64,000 bases of DNA from an uncultured Prolixibacteraceae bacterium. Its GTDB lineage: Bacteria > Bacteroidota > Bacteroidia > Bacteroidales > Prolixibacteraceae. The notes under the pieces were generated by a model. The model was not told the origin of the DNA. It did no database searches and saw only the letters and a list, made by a program, of their open reading frames with translations. The stretch covers positions 234,505 through 298,504 of the forward strand of contig CAVVFN010000009.1 of assembly GCA_963747515.1 (NCBI GenBank), read 5' to 3'. Below are positions 10,656 through 19,413 of the stretch, in pieces (position 1 is the first letter of the stretch; each line of letters opens with the position of its first letter). A program made the translations under genes and the position numbers.

Positions 10656-11099
10656 TTAAATACTTTCTAACTTTTGCAATTCAACATGTCTAACTTCAAT
10701 ACCTGCTCTTTTTAACAGGTTGATTCCATCTTCGAGCCGGTAATTTTCGGTAAATATTACCCGTTTGATGCCAGCCTGTATAATAAGTTTTGAGCATTCC
10801 AGGCAGGGTGATGAAGTGACATATAAGGTTGCCCCATCACTGCTGTTGCCCGATTTTGCCACTTTTGTAATCGCATTGGCCTCGGCATGTAAAACGTATG
10901 GTTTAGTCAGATTGTTTTCATCCTCACAAATGTTCTCAAAACCCGATGGTGTACCGTTATACCCATCTGAAATTATCATTTTATCTTTAACCAGTAAGGC
11001 TCCTACTTTTCTTCGCTTGCAATAGGAGTTCTGTGCCCAGATAAGTGCCATTTTTAAATACCGCTGATCCAGAAGTCTCTGCTTTTCTTCGTTTTCCAT
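10656..11099 (-). CDS. dCMP deaminase family protein
   Basis: SYC.RRKVGA, GYNGTP, HAEANA and PCLECSK zinc-deaminase motifs; start moved to ATG 11099. Confidence 0.9.
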   Translation of the reverse strand: MENEEKQRLLDQRYLKMALIWAQNSYCKRRKVGALLVKDKMIISDGYNGTPSGFENICEDENNLTKPYVLHAEANAITKVAKSGNSSDGATLYVTSSPCLECSKLIIQAGIKRVIFTENYRLEDGINLLKRAGIEVRHVELQKLESI

Positions 11100-11139
11100 T
11101 TTAATTAAATGATTTGTAGCCAGTTCATATATCGGATTA

Positions 11140-11147
11140 CAAAAATA
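11140..11147 (-). promoter_or_regulatory. Bacteroidota -7 promoter element (TATTTTTG)
   Basis: Exact TAnnTTTG about 40 nt upstream of ATG 11099. Confidence 0.5.
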
Positions 11148-11212
11148 GTGGTCCTTTCCTAAAATAATGCAAATTACATACCGGATGTAAATCATCCAAC
11201 TGCAGTTTAAAC

Positions 11213-11239
11213 AAAAAAAGCCGCTTTCCAGCGGCTTTT
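11213..11239 (-). terminator. intrinsic terminator after the SPOR gene
   Basis: AAAAGCCGCT-TTCC-AGCGGCTTTT hairpin with a U-tract on the minus strand, 20 nt after the stop. Confidence 0.75.
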
Positions 11240-11258
11240 ATATATTTTTATGATTTTT

Positions 11259-11744
11259 TCAATCCTTTATAAGGAGCCATGCATCTTTATATTCAGGATA
11301 TGTATTTCTGACCTGGGCTATTCGGTTACGCGCTTCGTTCTCATTTTGATAAGAATTTACACAAACTCTGTAATATCCGGTTTCACTATGAAGAATGATG
11401 GGTGTGAATCCTCTGTTCAAAAGCGTTTCACGAAAATTCTTTGCATTATTTAACTCACCAAATGACCCCAGAATGACGAAAAAGTTGTTCGACTCATTCT
11501 GCGCTTTATCTTCCTGACGCGTGAAGGATACCTGTTCTTTTCGCATCGAAACAGGCTCACTTAATGTTGTTGCTGTTTCTTCCCTTGGCAGCGGCTGGGG
11601 CTGAGTGTCGTTTGCAGGTACGGTAAATACTTTTGGTTGAGCAGAAGGATCGGTAGTATAAGGCGATTGGGCCAATTCTTTTTTTGATTTGCAGGCTGTA
11701 AAAGCCAGACCCAAAATAACAACAAATAAAATTAACCGGTTCAT
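11259..11744 (-). CDS. SPOR-domain lipoprotein
   Basis: Lipobox AFTAC followed by KSKK; C-terminal FFVILGSF....NA...R..L...GF...YYRV..AW SPOR pattern. Confidence 0.85.
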   Translation of the reverse strand: MNRLILFVVILGLAFTACKSKKELAQSPYTTDPSAQPKVFTVPANDTQPQPLPREETATTLSEPVSMRKEQVSFTRQEDKAQNESNNFFVILGSFGELNNAKNFRETLLNRGFTPIILHSETGYYRVCVNSYQNENEARNRIAQVRNTYPEYKDAWLLIKD

Positions 11745-11772
11745 TTCTTTAAATTTTCATTTTTTTATGCAG

Positions 11773-11780
11773 CAAATATA
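11773..11780 (-). promoter_or_regulatory. Bacteroidota -7 promoter element (TATATTTG)
   Basis: Exact TAnnTTTG 29 nt upstream of ATG 11744. Confidence 0.55.
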
Positions 11781-11876
11781 TGTAAATCCTTTACTACTTT
11801 TTCATCTGAAAGTCGTTTTTAATGATAAGTTTTGCACAGGTAGCTGTTTGAAACACCTCCTTAAAGTTAATAACTC

Positions 11877-12161
11877 TTATCTGCGGGCTCCTGCACCACC
11901 ACCGCCAAAAAATAACATCACTCCAGGCAGAAAACCGAAATCGTACCATCCGCAGGTGTTGGGAAAAGCAGAAATCCTGTATCCGGTAAATAAAACATCA
12001 ATAAAACAGAACAGCAGGAATAATCCATGCAGTAATCCTGCCATAAATCCCGGCGGGTTGGAGGGAACAATGGTAACCGATTGGGTGGCACATACATAAA
12101 GAAATAAGATAGCGGCCGGTAAAAAAACAGGCTGAGCCTCATGAATTTGGTTTTCATACAT
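11877..12161 (-). CDS. small membrane protein, possibly frameshifted at its 5' end
   Basis: PPGF..GLLHG and N..GWYDFGF...GGGG resemble a widespread small hypothetical membrane family; an alternative MKTKF start lies in another frame across a T7 run. Confidence 0.5.
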   Translation of the reverse strand: MYENQIHEAQPVFLPAAILFLYVCATQSVTIVPSNPPGFMAGLLHGLFLLFCFIDVLFTGYRISAFPNTCGWYDFGFLPGVMLFFGGGGAGARR

Positions 12162-12466
12162 ACGATTTTTTTAATGTTGTTCTGACTAATGTGAAGGCGT
12201 AAAATGTAAAAGCAGAGGGATTGAAAATGAAATTTATTATCTGAACATGTTTATATATTTGGCTTATCACCTGGGATATCTTGTTTGTTCTGAAGGAATC
12301 TTTTTATTGTACCTATTTTGTCATTACAAAAGTTCAGGAAAATTAGAAATTGGGTGCAGAGCCTCAAAAATAATTTTTTTATTGAAGTTAATTGATTATA
12401 TTTAATTGACTTATCCCATGTATGGACAAACTGAAAAGACAGAATAAAAACCAATAAACAGGCAGA

Positions 12467-13591
12467 ATGGACTATGAAAAACCTACAAATCAATCAAAAC
12501 CCGTAATTTTGGTTGTGAACGATAACCCGCTGAACATTCAGATGTTGAAAAATCAGCTTTCGCTTGTCGATTGTAATCTGGCTACAGCAATGAATGAAAA
12601 TCAGGTGCTGCAGTTAATTGAGACAGTAAAACCCGACTTGATTTTACTTGATTTCGAAGTTTCAGCGAAAAAGGAATACATGCTTTGTCGCATGCTGAAC
12701 AGCGGAGAACGTATCAAAAACATTCCGTTAATTGTATTCTCAGATGAACAAGAAATAGAAAATATCGAAAAAAGTGTCGGACCTGGTACAGTTGATTGTA
12801 TTTCCAGGCCTTTTGGGAAATATGAGCTGGTAACCCGGATTAATTACCTCCTGGCAATGAAAAGAAAGAAAGAGGATCTTGAAAAAGAGCTTAAAAAAAA
12901 GAATCTGTTTTTTTCGATTATTTCACACGAACTCCGGGGTTCTTTTGGTATTGTTTTGAATTTTGTTGATATGCTGAAAAACGAAGGTGATAATATGTCG
13001 GCAGGGCAAAAAAAGGAGGTATTAAATGATATTGAAGGTATCACACAAAATACCATGGGTCTGCTTGAAAACCTTCTGAGATGGTCAAATGTACAATACG
13101 GAGAGATTTTTTACAATCCGGAGGATCTGGAGCTTAATAATTTAATTAATGAAACCATTGAAGATTTCACCCAAGCAGCCTGCCGGAAAAATATCAGGCT
13201 TGTTTCGAATGTCGGATCGTTAAGTGTATCAGCCGACAGAAACATGGTGCAATTAATTTTACGAAACTTGCTGACAAATGCATTGAAATTTACTCCCTGT
13301 GGAGGAAACATTACTGTGGGTTCCATTTATAAGGGGGGTTCTGTAAAAATTCAGATTTCCGATTCCGGGTTGGGAATGAATCCCGATAAAGTGGAACAGT
13401 TATTTCGAATCGATCGGAAAGTTACTACACCGGGTACTGAAAATGAACAGGGAAGCGGGCTGGGACTTATTTTTTGCCGTGAATTTCTTAGATGTCATGG
13501 AAGCGATATAGGCATTGAAAGTGTTCCGGGAAAAGGAACTACTGTTTGGTTTATGCTGCCGCTGGCAGTTATGCAACATGCCGAAGTGTAA
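12467..13591 (+). CDS. hybrid sensor histidine kinase with atypical N-terminal receiver domain
   Basis: REC-like N-terminus; SHELRGS H-box, RNLLTNALKF N-box, DSGLGM and GSGLGL G-boxes. Confidence 0.88.
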   Translation: MDYEKPTNQSKPVILVVNDNPLNIQMLKNQLSLVDCNLATAMNENQVLQLIETVKPDLILLDFEVSAKKEYMLCRMLNSGERIKNIPLIVFSDEQEIENIEKSVGPGTVDCISRPFGKYELVTRINYLLAMKRKKEDLEKELKKKNLFFSIISHELRGSFGIVLNFVDMLKNEGDNMSAGQKKEVLNDIEGITQNTMGLLENLLRWSNVQYGEIFYNPEDLELNNLINETIEDFTQAACRKNIRLVSNVGSLSVSADRNMVQLILRNLLTNALKFTPCGGNITVGSIYKGGSVKIQISDSGLGMNPDKVEQLFRIDRKVTTPGTENEQGSGLGLIFCREFLRCHGSDIGIESVPGKGTTVWFMLPLAVMQHAEV

Positions 13592-13606
13592 ATTTAAATT
13601 CACATC

Positions 13607-15019
13607 ATGAAAGATTCCGGATTATCGGAAGAACAGGTTCGGGAACCTGCGTTTGCAGGCAGCTTTTATCCATCGTCAGGGAAAAAACTTTCACAACAAT
13701 TGAAGGATTTGTTTGCTCATGCCAAAATACCTGTTGAAACTAATCAGCCACAAGCTCTCCTTGCACCGCATGCGGGATACATGTTCAGCGGTCAGATAGC
13801 TGCTTCAGCATACAACCAGTTACCGGCAAACTGCATTTATAAAAGAGTATTTATAATTGCTTCCAGTCATCATTACACCTTTGGGGGCGCTTCTGTAAAC
13901 ATTTCCGCCCGATATAAAACTCCTCTGGGTGAAATAAAAGTAGATAGAAAGTTAGCAGGCAAGCTTAATCAATCTGAAGGGCTTATCCGGTTTCTGCCTG
14001 AAGCCCACCTGGTTGAACATAGCCTGGAGGTGCAGCTTCCTTTTTTACAGCATAAACTAGGGACTGATTTCTTACTGGTTCCCATTGTTGTCGGGACGCA
14101 TGATATTTCAGAATGTGAAAAAATTGCCCTGTTGCTTGAGCCCTGGTTTACTCCTGAAAATCTTTTTATTGTCAGCACCGATTTTTCACACTATCCTTCA
14201 TACGAGGATGCGCTTGAAAACGATTTTCATACAGCGCAGGCAATCTGTAGCAATAATCCGGATGTTTTGATGCAGTTCCTTGAACAAGACAAAAACATCG
14301 AAAATCTGGCTACATCACTTTGTGGTTGGGCAGCAGTGATGACCTTATTATATATAACCAAAAATAAAATGGCAGAGTACCGCCTTATCCACTATCAGAA
14401 CTCAGGAGATATTAAATCATACGGTGACAGGAACAAAGTGGTGGGGTACTGGGCAATGGCAGTTTACCGAAGGGATAATAACCTGGTTGTTCCTCCTGAT
14501 TTTCAGGTTGAATTGCTGGAGAAGGCGCGTCATGCCATTATTCATTATTTTAAAACGGGAGAAATGGTTCAGCAGGAACCCCGAATCAATGAATTGATTC
14601 ATTCAGCAGGAATGTTTGTAAGCATTTATGTAAAGGGAGAATTGCGGGGTTGTATAGGAAACGTTACCAACAGCAGTTCCCTAAATGATGCAGTGCAGCA
14701 GCTGGCTGTTTCGGCATCATGTGATCCACGCTTTAAAAACCTTAGAAGGAACGAACTGATTTTAATGGAACTTGAAATTTCCATTCTTTCACCACTTCAA
14801 AAAATTAAGTCGATCGATGAAATTATTTTGGGAAAGCATGGTATTTATATCAAAAAAGGTGCGGACTCGGGTATCTTTCTTCCCAAAGTAGCCCAAAAAA
14901 ATGGCTGGAGCTTGAATGAGTTTTTGGGACATTGTGCTCAGGATAAAGCAGGTATTGGTTGGGAAGGTTGGGAAACTGCCGATATTTTTATATATGAAGC
15001 ATTCGTTTTTAAAGGATAA
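13607..15019 (+). CDS. AmmeMemoRadiSam system protein B (MEMO1-like) fused to protein A (AMMECR1-like)
   Basis: R.PAFAGSFYP, PHAGY.FSG, EHSLEVQLPF, STDFSHY, CG (Memo domain); G.FVSI...G.LRGCIG, DPRF, EISILSP, GKHGI, FLP.VA, KAG (AMMECR1 domain). Confidence 0.88.
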   Translation: MKDSGLSEEQVREPAFAGSFYPSSGKKLSQQLKDLFAHAKIPVETNQPQALLAPHAGYMFSGQIAASAYNQLPANCIYKRVFIIASSHHYTFGGASVNISARYKTPLGEIKVDRKLAGKLNQSEGLIRFLPEAHLVEHSLEVQLPFLQHKLGTDFLLVPIVVGTHDISECEKIALLLEPWFTPENLFIVSTDFSHYPSYEDALENDFHTAQAICSNNPDVLMQFLEQDKNIENLATSLCGWAAVMTLLYITKNKMAEYRLIHYQNSGDIKSYGDRNKVVGYWAMAVYRRDNNLVVPPDFQVELLEKARHAIIHYFKTGEMVQQEPRINELIHSAGMFVSIYVKGELRGCIGNVTNSSSLNDAVQQLAVSASCDPRFKNLRRNELILMELEISILSPLQKIKSIDEIILGKHGIYIKKGADSGIFLPKVAQKNGWSLNEFLGHCAQDKAGIGWEGWETADIFIYEAFVFKG

Positions 15020-15251
15020 CACCCAAAGTGCGAAGACTTTTTTTTGTGAATGTGCTGTTGTTTTAAGAGTTTGAATTCTCCTTGTCCCTCTTACTGTTTT
15101 TTGGGTAAATAATAAACTTTCCACAGAATAACATAAAATTTACAACCGGCCACTTCTCATTATAGGCCCAATAATCTTTATGTTTAACCCGAATGCTAAT
15201 CCGTGGCAGAAATCATGAATTTACCTCCAGTAATCCGTATTTAAAACAGAT

Positions 15252-15363
15252 TAAATTCAACCTTAATTCAGTATTAATTCAGTGTTATTTCAGTTTAAAT
15301 TCAATTATAATTGAATTTATATTGAGTTAATATTGAATTTAAATTGAATTTAAATTGAATTTA
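15252..15363. repeat. dyad-symmetric array of 11-bp repeats (5 forward + 5 inverted units), copy 1
   Basis: TCA cores with C at 15258/69/80/91/302 and TGA cores with G at 15313/24/35/46/57; perfect 24-bp palindromic centre TAAATTCAATTATAATTGAATTTA. Confidence 0.85.
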
Positions 15364-15550
15364 CACCGGACCATGTATAGAGAATTATTCCTCATTAGGT
15401 CTGATGTAATTGTTAAGAAATATTGCAGGAGGTAAATGAAAAGGATGTTAATATCCGGGCAACAAACTTTACTTTTTCTTTAATTTTTGTACTAATTATA
15501 TAAAAAATAACTATTTTCGTAAAGTTATTTAATTTTAGTAAAATCCTATA

Positions 15551-16132
15551 ATGGTAAACAAGGACAATCCAAAATACAGTGCATTGGTGAAAACAGCCCG
15601 GGAACTTTTTTGGAAGCATGGGTTTAAGCGGATTTCGGTTCAGGAAATCTGTACCACTTCGGGTGTAAGCAAGATGACGTTTTATAAGTTTTTTCCCAAC
15701 AAGATTGAACTGGCAAAACATGTTTTTACCAATGAAATAGAAAACAGCATCATCAGGTTTAACCGTTTGATAGATGAGGATATTTCCGTGCATGAAAAGA
15801 TTGAAAAGATGATTCTGTTGAAAGCTGAAGGTACGAATAACATCAGCAAGGAATTCTTACAGGATTTTTATTTGGGTTCTGAACCGGAATTAAAAAGTTT
15901 TGTAGAAGAAAAAACAAAGGAGGCCTGGGATGGATTACTTGCTACATGGAAAAAAGCACAACAGGCCGGCATATTTCGCAATGACCTGAAGCCGGAGTTC
16001 CTGGTACAGGTTTCGTTCGGTCTTGTGGAACTCATGAAAGACGAAAGGCTGACGACTCTTTATTCTTCACCTCAGGAACTTATTCTTGAACTTACCCGAT
16101 TTATTGCCTACGGAATAACGCCAGGAAGATAA
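15551..16132 (+). CDS. TetR/AcrR family transcriptional regulator
   Basis: ARELFWKHGFKRISVQEIC...GVSKMTFYKFFPNKIEL helix-turn-helix. Confidence 0.9.
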   Translation: MVNKDNPKYSALVKTARELFWKHGFKRISVQEICTTSGVSKMTFYKFFPNKIELAKHVFTNEIENSIIRFNRLIDEDISVHEKIEKMILLKAEGTNNISKEFLQDFYLGSEPELKSFVEEKTKEAWDGLLATWKKAQQAGIFRNDLKPEFLVQVSFGLVELMKDERLTTLYSSPQELILELTRFIAYGITPGR

Positions 16133-16133
16133 A

Positions 16134-17276
16134 ATGAACAGGTTGAGGTACATACTATTTCCGGCGATGTTTCTAGTGCTTTTGCAGCAGGGATTTTCAC
16201 AGGAACTTTTAAGATTTAGCGGTCAGCTTTCGGTTTATACCAACATCAATCCCCATAATGATTATCCATGGTGGAACGGAGGAAGGTACCTTCCTCAGCT
16301 GAATTTTGAAATTCTTTCAGAAAAAAGCCGGCTGATAGATTTTGAAGTGTCGGCAAATATCTATGGAAATATAGGGATGAAGAATTTCAATTCTTTTTCT
16401 TCAAACACCTTTTTAAAGCCTTACCGCTTATGGGCACGGTACTCTGCTTCCCAGTTTGAAGTGAGGGCAGGACTTCAAAAGATTAATTTTGGATCGGCTT
16501 CTATCCTGCGGCCGCTCATGTGGTTTGACCAGATGGATCCCCGCGATCCTTTGCAGCTTACCGATGGGGTCTGGGGAATCCTGGGAAGGTATTATACCCT
16601 GAACAACTCAACATTATGGCTTTGGGTGCTTTATGGGAACGGCAATCCCAAAGGCTGGGAAACTATAAAAACAAATTCCCAAATACCCGAAGCAGGTGGC
16701 CGATTGCAGTTACCTGCCGGAAGTGGAGAGGCGGCTTTATCTTATCATTACCGGGTGGCCGACAGCAGGGGTCTTTCCGAAGCAAACCTCCGGCATGAGC
16801 AGATTCCAGAGCACAGGCTGGGATTTGATGCCCGATTCGACAAGGTTTTGGGTTATTGGATTGAAGCTTCATGGAAAATCATGGACAGGGATTTGGGCAT
16901 GCTTACCAACCAGGAGATACTGAACCTTGGGGTGGATTATACCTTTCAGCTGGGAAACGGATTAACGGTGGTATACGAACAACTTATCGCAGCTTATGAT
17001 AAAAAACCATTCGAACTCAATGAACCCATTACGTTTTCGCTTTTTAATGTTTCTTATCCAGTAGGTATGTTCGATAACATCAGTTACATTCTTTATTACG
17101 ACTGGCGCAATAATTCAGCATATAATTTTGTCAACTGGCAAAAACAGTTTAACCGTTTAACGGTACATGTGATGGGATATATCAACCCAAAATCCTATCA
17201 GCTACCCACTGTTACTACCACGCAAATTTTATTTGCCGGTGCAGGCCTGCAGCTTATGCTTATATTTAATCACTGA
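16134..17276 (+). CDS. hypothetical outer-membrane beta-barrel protein
   Basis: Signal peptide; R.GLQKINFGSA..LRPL.WFD..DPRDPL...DGV porin-like motif; beta-strand periodicity. Confidence 0.7.
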   Translation: MNRLRYILFPAMFLVLLQQGFSQELLRFSGQLSVYTNINPHNDYPWWNGGRYLPQLNFEILSEKSRLIDFEVSANIYGNIGMKNFNSFSSNTFLKPYRLWARYSASQFEVRAGLQKINFGSASILRPLMWFDQMDPRDPLQLTDGVWGILGRYYTLNNSTLWLWVLYGNGNPKGWETIKTNSQIPEAGGRLQLPAGSGEAALSYHYRVADSRGLSEANLRHEQIPEHRLGFDARFDKVLGYWIEASWKIMDRDLGMLTNQEILNLGVDYTFQLGNGLTVVYEQLIAAYDKKPFELNEPITFSLFNVSYPVGMFDNISYILYYDWRNNSAYNFVNWQKQFNRLTVHVMGYINPKSYQLPTVTTTQILFAGAGLQLMLIFNH

Positions 17277-17307
17277 TGCAATAATAATTTACTTGAGATA
17301 ATGAATA

Positions 17308-18030
17308 ATGGAAAACAACGCGATCATTACAATCAGGAATCTTACGAAGACTTTTCCAATGGGGAAATCAAGATTTACGGCGCTGGAGGATATAAACCTT
17401 TCGCTGGGAAAAGGTGAGTTCACGGGATTAATCGGTCCCAGCGGGTCGGGCAAAACGACCTTATTGAACATTATCGGTTCACTCGACACCCCCACTTTGG
17501 GAGAAGCCCGCGTGCTGGGTCATTCCATTGGCGAGCTTTCGGCAAAGCAGGCTGCCCGGCTGAGAAAGGAGAACCTGGGGTTTATTTTTCAAAGCTATAA
17601 CCTGCTTGCAGTACATACCGTATTTGAAAATGTGGAGTTTCCTCTGCTCCTTCTGAAAGTGGGAGCAGACGAGCGAAAGAAAAGGGTTATGGCTGCCCTT
17701 GAGTGGGTAGGATTAACCGAAAAGGTAAAGTCGAAACCTCCACGGTTATCGGGAGGTGAATGCCAGCGGGTGGCAATTGCCCGGGCTATGGTAAAAAAAC
17801 CCTCGCTGGTGCTGGCCGATGAGCCTACCGCCAATCTTGATGCAGCCAATTCCCATAACATTCTGCATACAATGCTGAACCTGAACCGCGAACTGAATAC
17901 CACATTTCTGTTTGCCACCCACGACGAAAAGGTAATTCGGTACCTTCGAAGGAAGGTTTATCTGCTTGACGGAAAGATTGAGAAGGAGGAGGTGGTTGAT
18001 GCGGCAGAAAGGGAGGAGGAAAGAGTTTAA
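17308..18030 (+). CDS. ABC transporter ATP-binding protein (LolD/MacB type)
   Basis: GPSGSGKT Walker A, LSGGECQRVAIARA signature, LADEPTANLD, THD. Confidence 0.93.
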   Translation: MENNAIITIRNLTKTFPMGKSRFTALEDINLSLGKGEFTGLIGPSGSGKTTLLNIIGSLDTPTLGEARVLGHSIGELSAKQAARLRKENLGFIFQSYNLLAVHTVFENVEFPLLLLKVGADERKKRVMAALEWVGLTEKVKSKPPRLSGGECQRVAIARAMVKKPSLVLADEPTANLDAANSHNILHTMLNLNRELNTTFLFATHDEKVIRYLRRKVYLLDGKIEKEEVVDAAEREEERV

Positions 18031-18035
18031 GCATC

Positions 18036-18070
18036 AATAGTAAATAGTGAAAAGTTAAAAGTAAACAGTT
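18036..18070 (+). repeat. five degenerate 7-bp tandem repeats
   Basis: AATAGTA AATAGTG AAAAGTT AAAAGTA AACAGTT directly after the ATPase stop. Confidence 0.45.
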
Positions 18071-18234
18071 GACCATGAAGAGGCTTTAGATGGAGATAGC
18101 GATGTAGGGGTGACTAATGAAATCGAATGGCGTCCCTTGTCGTTCATGGCTTGAATGCCGGAGCAAAGAACAAGGATGAAATCTTTAGCAGAATGGGAAG
18201 ACAATTATAAATAATTCAGTTAAAAATAAAACAA

Positions 18235-19413
18235 ATGAAGACTGCTTTAAAACTGGCTTATCGCAATCTCATCGGCGCAGGTCTTAGAACCTGGTTAAAT
18301 GTGATTGTTCTTTCATTTTCGTTTATAGTAATTATCTGGATGAAAGGGATAATGGCAGGATGGGATTACCAGGCCAAGACCGATATGACCAACTGGCAAA
18401 TCGGGGATGGCCAGTACTGGCATGAACAATACGATCCTTATGATCCGTTTACTCTGGCGGAAAGTCATGCCCCTGTTCCCGACCGGTTCAAAGATGAAAT
18501 TGCCTGTGGAGCAGTGGAGCCCATACTGGTGGTGCAGGGTACCATCTATCCGGAAGGACGGATGCAATCTGTTTCCATTACCGGGATTAACCCCGGACAG
18601 GAAATTCTGATGATTCCCACTCACAAACTGGATACTGCAGCAACCGATGCTGTACCGGCTGTAATTGGCGAAGTTTTATCACGAAGCATGCAGGTAGAAA
18701 AGGGCAACCGTCTGACTATGCGCTGGCGCGATGCCAACGGCATGTTCGATGCAACTGAAATATTTATTTCGGATGTTTTTTCAAGCAATGTGCCTGCAGT
18801 GGAAGCCGGAAAAATTTATATTCCCCTGGAAAAACTGCGCAGCATGACATTACTTGAGGATGAAGCAACCCTTCTCACCATTTCTGATGCAGAAATAGAA
18901 AGGCAAAATGTAGGGGTGTGGATATATAAACCTAAGGATGAACTTACTGCACAGGTGGATGAAATTATAAAAACCAAAACTGTGGGACAATCTGTTTTTT
19001 ATGGAATTCTGCTGTTGCTGGCCATGCTGGCAGTGTTCGATACACAGGTACTCTCTATATTCAGGAGGCAAAAGGAAATAGGGACTTACATTGCCCTGGG
19101 ATATACGCGTCGTGAGGTGGTCGCTTTATTTACTGTTGAGGGAGCTATGCATTCAGTGATGGCTGCTGTGGTTGCTGCCCTTTTTGGTTTTCCGTTTCTT
19201 TGGTGGCAGGCTAAAGTGGGATGGACCATGCCCATTGAAGCCAGCGATTTTGGAATGGCTATAGCACGGACACTCTATCCGGTATACAGCGCCGGACTGG
19301 TAATTGGCACTGTATTGATTGTTGTTTTGGTGACTACGGTGGTCAGTTACCTTCCTTCCAGAAAAATTGCCAAAATGAATCCTACAGAAGCTTTAAGGGG
19401 GAGAATACAATGA
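18235..19413 (+). CDS. ABC transporter permease (FtsX/LolE-like)
   Basis: N-terminal TM, periplasmic domain, R.KEIGT..ALG, three C-terminal TMs ending P.EALR. Confidence 0.88.
   Translation: MKTALKLAYRNLIGAGLRTWLNVIVLSFSFIVIIWMKGIMAGWDYQAKTDMTNWQIGDGQYWHEQYDPYDPFTLAESHAPVPDRFKDEIACGAVEPILVVQGTIYPEGRMQSVSITGINPGQEILMIPTHKLDTAATDAVPAVIGEVLSRSMQVEKGNRLTMRWRDANGMFDATEIFISDVFSSNVPAVEAGKIYIPLEKLRSMTLLEDEATLLTISDAEIERQNVGVWIYKPKDELTAQVDEIIKTKTVGQSVFYGILLLLAMLAVFDTQVLSIFRRQKEIGTYIALGYTRREVVALFTVEGAMHSVMAAVVAALFGFPFLWWQAKVGWTMPIEASDFGMAIARTLYPVYSAGLVIGTVLIVVLVTTVVSYLPSRKIAKMNPTEALRGRIQ

Noticed and set aside
15252-15363. CRISPR interpretation of the 11-bp arrays (also 43131-43231)
   Set aside because: The units are 11 bp and contiguous with no unique spacers, half are inverted, and there are no cas genes in the window
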